A stretch of DNA of 62,807 bases, filler included, from Sanchytrium tribonematis (GCA_018985235.1; 14 parts of 14 records of this genome joined end to end with filler, not necessarily neighbours in it); one strand, 5' to 3'. Counted from the whole stretch's first letter, positions 23,022 to 35,513 are shown. A program made the numbers and translations. The notes: a model not told the origin generated them from the sequence alone.

Positions 23022-24116
23022 TTAATACAAGAAATAGGATAATACAATAAATGACCAAGACAATGAATTAGCAGGAGATCCTTCAAATCCATCTGAATAT
23101 TCAGCATAAGAATTCTTTGCGTACTTTATAGTTGATTTTAAACCGGGGTGATTTGTGAAATAATGGGCATTTGGGTCTGCTGACGGAATTTTGTCATGTA
23201 AATATGCAACAACTTTTTGACAATATTGTGGGATATCTTGTGCGACATCTTGGATTTCTTTAGGGAGTAAATTGAGGGCATATTGAGGGATTTTAAGATT
23301 TTGAAATGAAAGGAGGACATCTGGAAGGGATTCTTGTTGCGAATTAGGGTTGGAAGAGTCCGTTGGATTAGCTATAGGACTAGATGAACTAGTTGGGGAC
23401 GCTGGTGGGGATGAAATGGCTGGAGAAGATACATTTTTATGTGCAGATGCCAGACTTGCTGGTGATGACGGAATAGCTGGTGGAGGGGTGACTGGAGTTG
23501 GACCAGAACTTGCTGGTGATTTTGGGGAAGATTGAGTGGGTTGTGGAATCGGGATGGAGATTTTTGGCAAATTTGGAATTGAAGCAACAGAGGATTTTGT
23601 TGGCGTGACGACTGCTGGTGTAGCTGGTGTAGCTGGTGCTGCCGATTTGGGTGCTTGTGGGGCACCAGGAATTGGCGCATCAATATCAATAGGCTTATAA
23701 TCACTAGTAGGATGTGAAAAGGTTTGAGTCCAATATATTTTACCATCACTCCCTGTAGATTCAAAATAGCCGAATCTGTCATAATTGGGATTTAAAAGAT
23801 TCTCTCTGTGTCCTGCTGAGTTCATCCACGCAGTCATGACTTCTTCAACAGATTTTTGACCTTCTGCAACATTTTCAGCAACGGCATCCCATTTGAAGCC
23901 TAATCTGGATAATCTGTCACCAACTGAAGTCCCATCAGATCCAACATGACCCATAAATTGATGAGTGGATTGATCCAAAGTATGTTCCTTAGCAGCTGCT
24001 ACACAAAGCGCATCCAATTTAAGAGGCTGGGCATTTGCAAGTTTACGTTGCGTATTTACAAGATCCAACATTAAATCGGCATAAGAAAGAGTGATTAAAA
24101 AGTAAATTGATTGCAT
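23022..24116 (-). CDS. CAP/SCP-domain (YkwD-like) secreted protein with a P/S-rich stalk and GPI-like end
   Basis: Signal peptide; motifs HVGSDG, AENVAEGQ, WMNSAGHRENLL and YWTQTF. Confidence 0.9.
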   Translation of the reverse strand: MQSIYFLITLSYADLMLDLVNTQRKLANAQPLKLDALCVAAAKEHTLDQSTHQFMGHVGSDGTSVGDRLSRLGFKWDAVAENVAEGQKSVEEVMTAWMNSAGHRENLLNPNYDRFGYFESTGSDGKIYWTQTFSHPTSDYKPIDIDAPIPGAPQAPKSAAPATPATPAVVTPTKSSVASIPNLPKISIPIPQPTQSSPKSPASSGPTPVTPPPAIPSSPASLASAHKNVSSPAISSPPASPTSSSSPIANPTDSSNPNSQQESLPDVLLSFQNLKIPQYALNLLPKEIQDVAQDIPQYCQKVVAYLHDKIPSADPNAHYFTNHPGLKSTIKYAKNSYAEYSDGFEGSPANSLSWSFIVLSYFLY

Positions 24117-24356
24117 ACAAAATGGGGATACTCAACTTTTTAAATGCCAATTTGGCCTTGGGTTGATTTTTACATGATCACTTTTTAATATGCAAGCAGA
24201 CTTTTTGGACTCAAAAGTGACTTTGGATAAATACTATGGCATGTCAAAGAGCACCAGTCTTAATTTATTTGCCATGGTCTTGCCCATATTTAAGCAGCTA
24301 ATGCGGCAGTGCGTGATTTAATGTGCTAGATGCGGAAAATATATCGTCCGACATAC

Positions 24357-24806
24357 TTAGAGGGATTGTTTATATTTACTTAAATCTATAAGCTGCTTTG
24401 TCAATTGCTTCCATTCTTTCTCTAATAATTCTCCCAAAATGACATTATTCTTATTTTCCCACATTTGACCATTAAAATCAAATCGAAGTGGCCCAGAGAT
24501 CGGACTACTCCACCATATTTGTTTATTGGGTGGTTGTTTGTTCAATACGTAGTTGTAATTGCTAATATTAAATGATAAAATGCCATCATGAAAATCACTT
24601 GTAAAATCATCTAATGACTCACCATGTTCTTCTAATATCTCTGATAAATGATTTAAATATTGATCACTTAATCTGTGATACTGGTCTGCTGTTAATTTGG
24701 CAACCTGGTGCTGAAATCTTTTCAACATTTGAGTTTGAAACGGAGAAACATGCTCAGGGACTTTTCCAATACGCTCTAAAATCACACAAATGCTTTTAAG
24801 ATACAT
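24357..24806 (-). CDS. YFH1: Frataxin
   Basis: DGIL..YVLNKQPPNKQIWWSSPISGPLRFD. Confidence 0.95.
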   Translation of the reverse strand: MYLKSICVILERIGKVPEHVSPFQTQMLKRFQHQVAKLTADQYHRLSDQYLNHLSEILEEHGESLDDFTSDFHDGILSFNISNYNYVLNKQPPNKQIWWSSPISGPLRFDFNGQMWENKNNVILGELLEKEWKQLTKQLIDLSKYKQSL

Positions 24807-24815
24807 TTATTCGAT

Positions 24816-25007
24816 TTAAAACTCAGATTCGCGTGAATGCACACTAATACCTCTATTTCTTTGACGCAATGATTGAATTTCTGGTTTTATTGTAATAATT
24901 TTAGTCACACGCGATCTTTTATACGCGCTAACGAGCCCATAAATACTTGCTATAATCAATAATGATAGACAGAGCACCCCAATAACCAGTGAACCCGTAA
25001 TTTCCAT
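24816..25007 (-). CDS. Small single-TM protein, possibly 5'-truncated
   Basis: Hydrophobic helix followed by a basic tail; starts at the contig edge. Confidence 0.45.
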   Translation of the reverse strand: MEITGSLVIGVLCLSLLIIASIYGLVSAYKRSRVTKIITIKPEIQSLRQRNRGISVHSRESEF

Positions 25008-25108
25008 CNNNNNNNNNNNNNNNNNNNNNNNNNNNNNNNNNNNNNNNNNNNNTTAATTAATTAANNNNNNNNNNNNNNNNNNNNNNNNNNNNNNNNNNNN
25101 NNNNNNNN

Positions 25109-27158
25109 TGTTCCTTTCATTTGCATTATTAGTAAAGAGTCCAATATCAGCAATCCCAAAATAAATAAAAATTCATTTTTCTCAATCTGTCTTGCTCTAG
25201 TTGCCGTACGAAGCAATATATAAATAAGACTGACAACAAATAAGCCAAAAATAATATTACCATTTGCAGTTGTCATATAATACATCCTTAATTGAGTAAA
25301 ACATTCCAGGTTAGTTTTTGCGGTTATTTGACAGCCGAATGCTGCAACATTGTTTGTATCAGTTGAAAAGGGTGTGTAGCTGCTTGTGACCGTTTTAAGA
25401 TAGCTTGTAGTGCTCAAACTAGTCACATTAATTTCAAATGATTGATTTATGGAACAAATTGACTGATTTGGTGACAATGATGAATTTGAATACCAACAAG
25501 TAGAAACAGTGGAACTTTTTGACGAGTCAGAAATAGCCTCCAACAATGTCTGCACTTTCGAGCTTGACCACGAATGATATTCACTACTTTTGAAATCCTT
25601 CGTATTGCTAGCAAGGTTAGTGCTGGTGTTAGAAGGATAAATTTGTATGTTATCTGAAATGAACTTAGATGGGATAAAAGTGATCAAACTACTTGAAGTC
25701 AAATCCGTGGTCCTAGCGTCTAATCGCGAGACTGAAATGAACTCCGTATTACCGGATCGAAGGCTCTTTATCCCATTTGTCGGGGTATTCAAACTTTGCA
25801 AAGAGGTGTTGTAAGTTGTATTATATATGAGTTCTGAGTCGATAAAATCGTTGATATTTAGTTTCGTCTCATTCTCAACCTCAGAAAAGGAATTGGAAAA
25901 ATAATTGCTTTGTGGTGTAGTAGAATTGGCTATAAAGGTGCTTGTTATTGATAAGCTTTTGTCATCTTTAATATCTAAGTTTTCTTGTGTAGTTGTAACT
26001 TTGGATAAATAGTTCTTATATTCTAACGTAGGGTGGTATTGCGATTTTGTGGAGTGAATTCTGACTAGATCGTTGATTAAAGTGGATTCATCGGTTGGTG
26101 CCTCTGAATAGAAAATTGAGGCCATACTCAATTCTGTTGTAAATTCGTATCCTGCTACTACAGTAGAACTTGATTCTCCTGTCCAGACATCCACAACTGG
26201 TTCTAAAGTGCTGCTCAAATTGCTAAGTACAGTCGAAGTAGAAGCGGGTGATAGCACCACGGAGCTAGAGTCAATGAAAAATTGGTTTTGAGACAAGGTC
26301 GAGGCCGAGATGGTTGTATTAGGGATTAAATTAGAAATATTTGTTTCCGTTGCATTGAGAATACTCGTCACTAGTGTAGTTGTAGACGTAGGTGTTGCTG
26401 TTAAAACATTTATGTCATAAATTTCATTGGTAGTAATGGTGTAGGTAGAATCATATGTTGCAGTTTGTTGGCATGGATTAAAATTATCAAAACAAAACGT
26501 ATACTGTGTAATGGAATATGCAGGCGCCGAGCTGCAAGTTGAAAATCCATTGTCAGATAAGCAGAGTTGAGAAAAAATATTCATAAGTTTACCACTATTT
26601 AGAACGAATGTTTGCCTATCTGATATGCTAAAAACATTCTCGCAAATTGCAAGCATTGATGCATAAGGATCAATTAATGGATTCCAGGACGTTGAAATGC
26701 AATAGTTAGAATTCCAAAATCTAATAATAAAGTAACGATTATCAGTAAATCTAACATCTTCTCCCATTGATGGAATGATTTCCCATAATTTTGAATTGCT
26801 ACAAGCACCGCTAACAATTGACAAATTTAATTGACCCAAACAATTGATATTTTGAATCGAAACTGGAACGTTAATTAAACTTGCGGAAATTTCAGAAATT
26901 ACAAATGAATTTGATATTAAAGTCGCCGTGTTTAAGCTGCTAGAACAAGTATAAGTGAATCCCCAAATTAGAGTAGTGGTGGAGAGCTTCAAACATCCAG
27001 TGCTAGCCTTAATAAAAAATTTGGTTTGCCCACTAGGAATTCTAATTCCAAATTGACTAGTTATAAGACCAGCCGTAGTAATATAGGGCTTAGCATTACT
27101 GTCTAATCCAAATTTGTAAGTTGTGTTTCCTAAATACATGTTATAACTCGAACTACTT
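25109..27158 (-). CDS. Surface protein with ricin-B-like repeats, a long S/T stalk and TM helices; truncated at both ends
   Basis: Repeats of the SNYCIST / SQLCLSD / NINCLG type, a mucin-like region and C-terminal hydrophobic helices. Confidence 0.65.
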
Positions 27159-27258
27159 NNNNNNNNNNNNNNNNNNNNNNNNNNNNNNNNNNNNNNNNNN
27201 NNTTAATTAATTAANNNNNNNNNNNNNNNNNNNNNNNNNNNNNNNNNNNNNNNNNNNN

Positions 27259-27571
27259 GTAGAAAATTGACAGAAGATGGAATATATTGTGATTTAATGG
27301 TCCCATTCACATTAACATAATCTAATTGTAATGCGAATATGTGCTCATTAGCAGCATTACCCATACATTCAATATCAATGACTGCTAATCCATCCGAATT
27401 GACAAAATTACAACAATCTGTTGGAATACTTTGAAATAAATATGGATCTGTTTGATGGAGATTTAAACCACGTAGAAAATTAAAAATGATTGGACAATCT
27501 ACGGAAACACCTAATAATCGCGTGACAAAGATGATATAAATGATGAAAATGGATTTGATATTGGGGAACAT
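27259..27571 (-). CDS. N-terminus of an LRR surface protein, 3'-truncated
   Basis: TRLLGVSVDCP..GLNLHQTD..QSIPTDCC, paralogous to the 48478 gene. Confidence 0.75.
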
Positions 27572-27650
27572 GTCTGATGGATTCTGTTTGGCCTAGTTGA
27601 GAACATATGTTGGCGCAAGATTTCATTATGTTTATTGATTCACAAATCAT

Positions 27651-29308
27651 CTAGAGTCTACCATTCATGCTAAAACTTAAATAGTGACTAGATCTTTCAC
27701 TTTTTTGTGGTTTCTTTTGCAATAATTTCTTGAATGGGGTTATTTTTAATACAATCATCAATAGCAATGAATCAATAAGTAATTTCAATATGATTATGGG
27801 TGAAATGACAAGTTTAAATGTCTCCACTTGCTTCCATTCAAATGGGATGCTTGAAACTGAAATTTGAGATGTAGTTTCATTTCTGGGAATAAAATGAGTT
27901 ATGGAAGATTCTTGAGACGCTATGGCAGATGTCAACATGCGAATGGGGCCTAAATTAATTGAGGATACGGGTGATAATGGTTTTATCTTTTAAAATTTGA
28001 GAAACATCTAAACTTGTATTTAAAGTAGATTGAAATAGTGAATCGTGTTTTTCAGATTCTTCAATTGTCAGTATTCTACAGGTGCTCTGACTAGTCGTGT
28101 AAATCCCATTTAAATTGCATTGATTTTGAAATGTTTTACCAAACACTCCTGGTGCCATTGGATTATTTGCCAACTACAATTTGATAACCCTATTGCATTG
28201 CTAATCAACACGTCATTCAATCTGTTATTCTGTAAATACAGCTGAGAGGGTGCTAGAAATGACAAATTGCCACTCAAATAATTATCATTGAAATAGAAAT
28301 TAGAGCCATTGAATTGGAAATTGATGCAGCCACTCAAGTAATTATGAGATAAATCCAATGTAGTAGCATATTGAAGGGATTTTGGGATGCTGCCAGTGAA
28401 TGAATTGTTGGAAATATTTAAATAACTTGGATTTGCATAATTGGGATTTCTCAAAACATTTGGGATATTGCCAGTCAAATTGTTGTTTGACAAGTCAACG
28501 GTGGTGAGTGTAGTTGGCAGATTATAGCTAATGTTGCCCTGCATTCCGTTGTTGTCCAATTTAAGTGTATTGATTGATTTTGGCAATGATTTTGGAAATT
28601 TGTCGAATTTGTTGAAACTCAATCTCAGATCATTAATTGTAGAATATCCCAAATCAATTTCACCAGATAGTTGATTATGAGATAGGTCTGCCGATGTGAT
28701 AATCGGTGTATTTAATTTCGGCAAACTTCCATTAAATAAATTGAATGATAAATCCAGTATCTTCAGATTAATAAGTGATGCAATGCTACATATTGAACCA
28801 TTCAATAAATTGTGACTCGCCGTTAGTATAGTCAATCCACTCGCCTTTGTAATTAGAAGATTTCCACTCAATAAATTGAAATCTAACCTTGCTGTGAGAA
28901 ATCTTAATGGTAAATCAGGAAATGTACCATTAATCAAATTCCCTGATGCTTCAAAATAAGTCAACAACGCAGGGAATGTAGTGATAGTCCCTTGTAATCT
29001 ATTATGACTTAAATACAATTCCTGAATGGAATCTGGCAAATGATTGGGATAATTACCATAAATCAAGTTGTTTGCTCCATTGATAGTCATAGCAGTACTT
29101 GGGAATGTATTTGGAAATTGATCTACTATATATCGTAAATTTGTAATATCTCTAGATTTGGTGGTAAATTGGGCATTTTAGTAAATCTATTATGATACAG
29201 ATTTAGATGTTTGAGTCCGGATGGGAATGAAATGGGTTGCCCACTTAATTGATTATCAGATAATTCCAATGCTACCAATTGATTTGGAAGAGTCTCAGGA
29301 ATATCTCC
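27651..29308 (-). pseudogene. LRR-TM protein with frameshifts (near 29125 and 28172); intron 27950..27968
   Basis: LRR runs lie in different frames with no GT-AG solution at two sites. The final exon encodes a TM helix and KITPFKK. Confidence 0.65.
27950..27968 (-). other. 19-nt GT-AG intron
   Basis: GTATCCTCAATTAATTTAG; removal joins TIIT-R-PIRMLTS in frame. Confidence 0.8.
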
Positions 29309-29408
29309 NNNNNNNNNNNNNNNNNNNNNNNNNNNNNNNNNNNNNNNNNNNNTTAATTAATTAANNNNNNNNNNNNNNNNNNNNNNNNNNNNNNNNNNNN
29401 NNNNNNNN

Positions 29409-29924
29409 ATCAAAGCACTTTTAGAATTTTATTATTTGGAGGGCGATCTTAAATATCTAAACTTGGCTCTTGAATTTCAATCTCAACAGGACGCTCTTTT
29501 TTGGGATCAGGATGAAGGAGATTATTTTACTTCAACTGAAGATCCTTACATTATCAGAGGTAAAGACGTCCAAGACGGTGCGGAGCCTTCGACACAGACA
29601 ATTTCACTTGAAAATTTACTTTCCTTGTCAATGGCGACTTCTCGAGAAGAGTTTCTTGAAAAGGCCGATAGAATGACTAAAATTTATCTCGGGGTCATCT
29701 CTCAAGCACCACATGCTGTGATTGGACTATCCGGGGTGGTTTTAACACAATTTAGAAAAATTACAATCAACAAAAAGGACTATCACAAAATTTCTGAAAT
29801 TCTAAGAGATTCTGTGTATCCCACAATTCTCTCATTTGAAGACAAACTAGATGGAAACTTTATCGAATGCTTAGGAGAAACTTGCTTTGACAAAAAACCT
29901 ATTACCGATTTTCAAAAAATGTAA
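29409..29924 (+). CDS. SPATA20/YyaL-like protein, 5'-truncated
   Basis: Motifs QDALFWDQDEGDYF, KDVQDGAEPS and CLGETC. Confidence 0.88.
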   Translation: MKALLEFYYLEGDLKYLNLALEFQSQQDALFWDQDEGDYFTSTEDPYIIRGKDVQDGAEPSTQTISLENLLSLSMATSREEFLEKADRMTKIYLGVISQAPHAVIGLSGVVLTQFRKITINKKDYHKISEILRDSVYPTILSFEDKLDGNFIECLGETCFDKKPITDFQKM

Positions 29925-29952
29925 ATTGTGGCTCAATAAACCTTCAAAATTT

Positions 29953-30180
29953 ATGAAATTTTTCAATTTTCCACTTTCAATAAAGCGAAAGGTAAATATT
30001 TCAAAGAAGTTACCAGTTGCAGAGACTAGAATATCAAAAGATGCAGGCTTGTATGATGATGTAATGAGTTGTCTCTGTTTTCGATGTGAAAAATGCATCA
30101 AAGCACTAGAAATTTCCAAAGCAGAAGCAAAAGATACCCACGAGGAAGTAGATTTTGTCACCATATACAATGCATTGTAG
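29953..30180 (+). CDS. Small hypothetical protein with CxCxxCxxC
   Basis: ORF starts MKFFNF and contains SCLCFRCEKC. Confidence 0.4.
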   Translation: MKFFNFPLSIKRKVNISKKLPVAETRISKDAGLYDDVMSCLCFRCEKCIKALEISKAEAKDTHEEVDFVTIYNAL

Positions 30181-30391
30181 TAAATAGCATTTTATGTTTT
30201 TAGACACCACCAGTGGTGAAATAGTATTGACCTACATTCATGCATGATGGCCAAATAACCATTTAAAATGAAACAAATAGTGTTTGACTCTGTGGATCGC
30301 GATTTTATTGTGAGACTACGAGCCAAAACGCCTCGCAGATAAGATACATCAAGTTAATTTAATTTTTTGAAACCTTTCCAATATCTTAACA

Positions 30392-31429
30392 ATGAAAGTG
30401 GTAGTCATTAAAGTTGGCACAGCATCAGTTACAAATGAAATTATACAATCTCTCGCTAACGTATGTAAATCTTTACAAAATGAAGGTTGCATGCCGATAA
30501 TAGTGTCGTCAGGTGCGGTAGGAAAGGGTAGCGAATTGATTTCATTTGAACATATTACTTTGGCCAGAAAACAAGCTCTTGCATCAATTGGTCAACCAAG
30601 AGTCATGTCAATGTATTGGGATATTTTTCAGAAGCACAATTTGGTCGTGGGACAACTTTTACTCGGCCGCAATATAATTAATGAAAGGTCTCAGTATCTC
30701 AACGCAAAAAACACAATTTTAGAGCTCCTTAAACTCAAAGTAGTTCCAATAGTCAATGAAAATGATGCTGTTGTGGTCCAGGAGCTTAAATTTGGAGATA
30801 ATGATCGTCTATCTGCTTTTGTTGGTGAAATGATTGGGGCGCAAACCCTTTTTATATTGACCGATGTGGATGGACTGTACACTGAAAATCCATCAAATCC
30901 TGGAGCCACTTTGATTAAAAAAGTTGAATCGTTTTCTGAACTAAATATAAAAGATCTTGAGAAAACAGGATCGAGTACTTCAACAGGTGGGATGCTAACA
31001 AAGCTGATAGCTGCTGAATATGCAACAGCGGCCGGCATCGATGTTTGGATATTAAATGCAAGCAATTCTTCAAGAATCCTTGACATAATGCACAATAAGG
31101 ACACAATCGCTACGTTATTTACTGCAAAAACTAAGCAAACTTCACGAACTTGGTGGATAAGAAATGGTCTTCTTTCGAAAGGCAAATTATATCTAGACGA
31201 TGGCGCTGTTAATGCAATTAAAAATAGGGCCAACTTATTTATAAATGGAATTATTAAAACAGAAGGTAGTTTCTATGCTGATCAGGCTGTGGATTTATGT
31301 GATTGCCACGGAAATAATTTTGCTAAAGGCCTCATCAATTATTCGGCCAAAGAAATCGAATTGTTAAAGCAAACTCCAGAAGAGGCAGACATTGTAATAT
31401 TTCGTGAAAACATTTACATTGAAAATTAG
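30392..31429 (+). CDS. PRO1: Glutamate 5-kinase with a PUA domain
   Basis: Motifs VIKVGT, VSSGAV, PIVNENDAV, FGDNDRLSA and TGGMLTKL. Confidence 0.96.
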   Translation: MKVVVIKVGTASVTNEIIQSLANVCKSLQNEGCMPIIVSSGAVGKGSELISFEHITLARKQALASIGQPRVMSMYWDIFQKHNLVVGQLLLGRNIINERSQYLNAKNTILELLKLKVVPIVNENDAVVVQELKFGDNDRLSAFVGEMIGAQTLFILTDVDGLYTENPSNPGATLIKKVESFSELNIKDLEKTGSSTSTGGMLTKLIAAEYATAAGIDVWILNASNSSRILDIMHNKDTIATLFTAKTKQTSRTWWIRNGLLSKGKLYLDDGAVNAIKNRANLFINGIIKTEGSFYADQAVDLCDCHGNNFAKGLINYSAKEIELLKQTPEEADIVIFRENIYIEN

Positions 31430-31568
31430 GATTGATAACAGTTATAGCTTTTTTCAAAATATGTGCAAGTAGGTTCGAAGATCTTGCAATTCTTGAAGAA
31501 AATTGTGTTACGAGCCACAAGATTTTTCAGGAGAATCTCAAAACAAAACGTCACTCAAAATATAATAA

Positions 31569-32042
31569 ATGTCTGCCAATGTACTCAAGGAACAAATTTC
31601 GTTAATTTTTTACAATTGGCCAGTCATGCAATACATGGGTTCTCAGCTAGATAGGTCCAAACTAATGTGGTTTGTTGAAACTATAACCAATCATTTACAT
31701 ACATATTACAACTCTAAAAAAGCATTTATTGACGAAATTGAAGATATATTGATGGATGTCCTCGAAGCAGAATTTCAAATATATCTCGAAGATGGCTGTA
31801 TGGATATAGCTACTTTATGCGTTTTGGCCAAATCAAATAAGCTGGATGAGCAATTTTTAAGAAAGCAAGTGCAGGATAAACCTTGTCAATCTCTTCGATA
31901 TCTTCTAGACGAAGACTGTCTGGAAGAATCCGAAGATGACTCTGACTCTATGAACGATTGTGAGTCTTTTGAGCATATTCATCAAGAATTTAAGCAGCTT
32001 GATATTGACGAAGATGGCTGGACATTAGTAAAGCACAAATAA
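31569..32042 (+). CDS. TSR2: Pre-rRNA processing protein TSR2
   Basis: Motifs IFYNWP, IEDILMDVLEAEF..LEDG and the C-terminal DEDGWTLV. Confidence 0.85.
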   Translation: MSANVLKEQISLIFYNWPVMQYMGSQLDRSKLMWFVETITNHLHTYYNSKKAFIDEIEDILMDVLEAEFQIYLEDGCMDIATLCVLAKSNKLDEQFLRKQVQDKPCQSLRYLLDEDCLEESEDDSDSMNDCESFEHIHQEFKQLDIDEDGWTLVKHK

Positions 32043-32044
32043 AT

Positions 32045-33341
32045 TTAGTTTATTTTAGTCTCTTTGTTGTCAGGATTGAAATGAGGCTTTAAGTCCTGCC
32101 ATACTTTGTAATATTCTGGTTGTAATTTTTGGGATATTGACATAGCATATGGTGTAGGTGAAAGAATAACACTTGTCTCAAACATAAAAGCCATTGTATT
32201 TTCAGCAACTCTTTCTGGTTCTAATTTAGCATTTGATGCTTTTTTGAAAGTTTGAGCATCAGGACCATGTGGTGTAAACATTGAATGTAAAGATGCTCCA
32301 CCTGGGTTAAACCCATTTTGCTTCGCTTCATATTGCCCCGTAATGAGACCCATAAATTCAGTCATGCTTGATTAGATTGAATTACCAGTTTCGGTGAAAA
32401 TAAGGTGGGCGGAAAGTGTGGCTTTGAACTGCCCATCTGGGTGGAAAAATAACAAAATCACACATAGCTACGCCTGGAGTGTTGGTTTTACAAGTTAAAA
32501 CGGTAAAGATGGAAGGATCTAAATGGTCATATGATACCGAATTAACAGTATTAAATTTCCTTAGATCATATTTACACGGGGCGTAATTACCTTGCCATCC
32601 CACTACGTCAAATGGAGTAAAGCCAACGCATTTGTATAGGTTGTGTTGGTATTTGTTGAGAATGGTAAAGTTTGGTTTCTCGCTTTTGTCATGTACGTAT
32701 TCCGCACTAGGGTACACAAAATCTTTTGGATCTGCGAGACCATTGGCGCCAATAGGACCTAAGTCAGGAAGCTCAAAATGACCGTTGTATACTTCACATA
32801 TGTAACCTCGGCTTGGACCACTAATTTTAACTTGAAATCTAATTCCTCTTGGTATGATGCAAATTTCCAAGGGTTCTACGATTAATCTTCCAAGCTCCGT
32901 CAAGATATCTAGTGTGCCTTGTTGTGGCACAATAAGATAATCTCCATCAGAATTCTGAAAAGCTTCTTTTTCCATACTTTTTTGACAAGAATAAATGTGG
33001 ATAGCCATTCCGGATTTGTCTGACGCATTTCCTCCAATTGCAACAGTTTTAATACCATCAACAAAGTTACAGTCTTCTATATTGAAAGGATCCCAGCGCA
33101 ATTGATTCGGAGTCGAAATACATTCTTTTGCTACAGGATGAAATTCTCTGACTAGTTCAAAAGGTTGATGAACAACTTGTGGCCTGATTCGATATACCCA
33201 AGTTCTTTGGTTATAGATTCTAGGCACGGTGAAGGCACTTCCTGATATTTGTTCCGCATATAATCCGTATGGACATACTTGTGGGGTATTATGCCAAGGT
33301 ACGGCTCCTTCTAATGCCTCGCTTTTTAGATGATGGATCAT
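32045..33341 (-). CDS. HGD: Homogentisate 1,2-dioxygenase; intron 32367..32385
   Basis: [23 protein letters not shown] and [12 protein letters not shown]. Splicing restores [13 protein letters not shown]. Confidence 0.97.
32367..32385 (-). other. 19-nt GT-AG intron
   Basis: GTAATTCAATCTAATCAAG; TG|C recreates the conserved HRNCM motif with no residue gained or lost. Confidence 0.93.
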
Positions 33342-33405
33342 ATTTCAAGGGACGAAGCAAAGTGAGACAAGTCGTTGCCGTCCGTATTAAAAACATTTGC
33401 CCAAT

Positions 33406-34545
33406 TTATTTAAATACCAGACAATTAGCCAGAACGACAGATGCACAGCTTCCAACAACGCAGCCTAGCAGCATAGAAAAATTAAGCACTTTTCCTACTT
33501 GCTCGTTCCTAAATTTCTGAGTCGCAAGCATCATTGCTGCGTTTGTAATGTACCCATTGGAGAGTCCAAAAATGAATAATCCGATAAAGAAATATATGTC
33601 TCTATATTCTATTGTGTTGAGGTATAGATATGGGAATAAGAATGCAAAAGATATTCTCCCAATTGAAGCAGAAAATAAAATTTGTATATTTGGAATTAGT
33701 GTGATAAATCGACCACTTAGATCTCCCAGGTTGTATAAAAAGAATCCCAAAGGGACGAATAAAGAAGTATAATACTCATCATCTATATCTTCAATAGGGA
33801 TGATAAGTGAGGTAGTTGCTGGAAATAGAAACAAGGTCACAAACAACGTTGTGAAACAGGTCATAACATGGTATTTAGCCTCATGTAGGCTATAGTTATT
33901 TAGAGGATCATCAATTGACTCTTCTTCCGATAGTAATTCGTCTGGATCCAAGTTTGGCTGATTGTCATCAATCTGCTCATATACACTCAATAAAGTGGTG
34001 TTGGTCAATCTTGAGAATATTAATAAACAAAGGATGCATATAATAAATGCAAAAAGAAAGTAAATAATAAATGGGTCGAATATTTTTCTACCAGCTAAGC
34101 TTAATACCTTAAATAATACATCTGACAACGACACGATTAAGCCAGCTATGCCTTGACCAATTAAAACATATTGAATAGCCTTTTCACCTCTAATAGAAGC
34201 TAGAGCCATTATCTTAGACTGAATGGTAGCAGTTGCTGCTCCATCTAAAGCAATCAATAAACAACAAAGATAAAAATAATATTCATGGGATTGGTTAATA
34301 AGTCTCATGAGCAAAAATATTAAAAAAGAAATGCTTATCATTATATATGACAAGTTTCCGTAATTAACTTCCCTCCGAAGCCAATAAAGTGTCACAGAAA
34401 CCACAGAAACATTGAAATAAAATGCAAAATAACTTTGAAATGTGGGGTGATTAAACATTAGCTTGAAAAAATCGTGCGCTGTAATTATGACATTCCACGG
34501 CAACAGCATTCCCACGCCTTGAAATAGAAAAAGATGATGAAGCAT
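33406..34545 (-). CDS. Equilibrative nucleoside transporter
   Basis: Motifs GVGMLLPWN, GQGIAG, LYNLGDLSGR and GLSNGY; multiple TM helices. Confidence 0.92.
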   Translation of the reverse strand: MLHHLFLFQGVGMLLPWNVIITAHDFFKLMFNHPTFQSYFAFYFNVSVVSVTLYWLRREVNYGNLSYIMISISFLIFLLMRLINQSHEYYFYLCCLLIALDGAATATIQSKIMALASIRGEKAIQYVLIGQGIAGLIVSLSDVLFKVLSLAGRKIFDPFIIYFLFAFIICILCLLIFSRLTNTTLLSVYEQIDDNQPNLDPDELLSEEESIDDPLNNYSLHEAKYHVMTCFTTLFVTLFLFPATTSLIIPIEDIDDEYYTSLFVPLGFFLYNLGDLSGRFITLIPNIQILFSASIGRISFAFLFPYLYLNTIEYRDIYFFIGLFIFGLSNGYITNAAMMLATQKFRNEQVGKVLNFSMLLGCVVGSCASVVLANCLVFK

Positions 34546-34674
34546 GTTTTAAAGGGGATGCTTTGTAGATGATATAGACTCAAAGGGTATTTATGGTGTT
34601 GACAACCATGATGTTTTGCAAATAGATACATTGATTTTAATGTTAAACCAATTTAAATTCCTCCTACTGCAACA

Positions 34675-35346
34675 ATGCAACAAAGCTATCAAGAATTAAT
34701 TGAAGAAAAACTATCACGATTGAATGGCAAAAGAAATGCGGACCACTTGACACCTGTTAAACAAAGAAATTTTATACCAGAGTCCAATTTTATGCAATCA
34801 AGACGGAAGTGGAATGCCTTGAAGGACGATTTGATTCAGCTACAAACTGTAAAAAAGAAAGATAAAACATGCAAAGTGGAGCTACCAAAGTTGTGGACAA
34901 TCTCTTCATTTTTAAAACTAAAAGTTTTTATAAATAATCGAGAAATACCTTGGAATCCGCCCGTATTATTGTTAACCATATCGGATCTTCATCCTCTTTA
35001 TGACTTGGGATATTTTGAATCTGCCAGCAAATTATTAAACTTAATCGGTAATTCCAATATAAGTGTATATCATACCCAAAAACAAAACACCACTGCAAGA
35101 TTTTACAGACAGTGGGCAAATTTAGAATTGATTTATTTTCGAGTTCAGGAAGCTTTAAATGTCATTGAAACTGGAATTCTCAATAGAGCGCAACCCCTTC
35201 ATGAATTGAAAGAGCATCTTGAATTTATCAAGTCAAGATCTTTGAAAGTGGATGAAAAGTTGAGTCCATTAAAAACGCCAACTAAGAGAGGCATAGATCT
35301 GCTGGAAGAGTCTTTTTCTGAACTAGATGTTACCCCAACTAAATAA
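34675..35346 (+). CDS. Hypothetical protein
   Basis: 223-aa ATG-to-TAA ORF with no recognised motif. Confidence 0.6.
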   Translation: MQQSYQELIEEKLSRLNGKRNADHLTPVKQRNFIPESNFMQSRRKWNALKDDLIQLQTVKKKDKTCKVELPKLWTISSFLKLKVFINNREIPWNPPVLLLTISDLHPLYDLGYFESASKLLNLIGNSNISVYHTQKQNTTARFYRQWANLELIYFRVQEALNVIETGILNRAQPLHELKEHLEFIKSRSLKVDEKLSPLKTPTKRGIDLLEESFSELDVTPTK

Positions 35347-35513
35347 ATCTCTTAAAGAATTATACAAACTTAGTGATAACCAATCTTATCGATAAACATT
35401 TTCTGGGTTGAAATAAATTCGAAGTTTTTGCCAAATACGTCGCATTTTATTGATTGGTTCTGCAACAAAACGTCTATCAATATAAGAAAGCAGTGCACTA
35501 GCCACTAGAAATT

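Noticed and set aside
22901..23107. ORF ending GELAQLVERSL at the contig edge
   Set aside because: It is a translation of the tRNA-Ala 5' half plus linker, not a protein.
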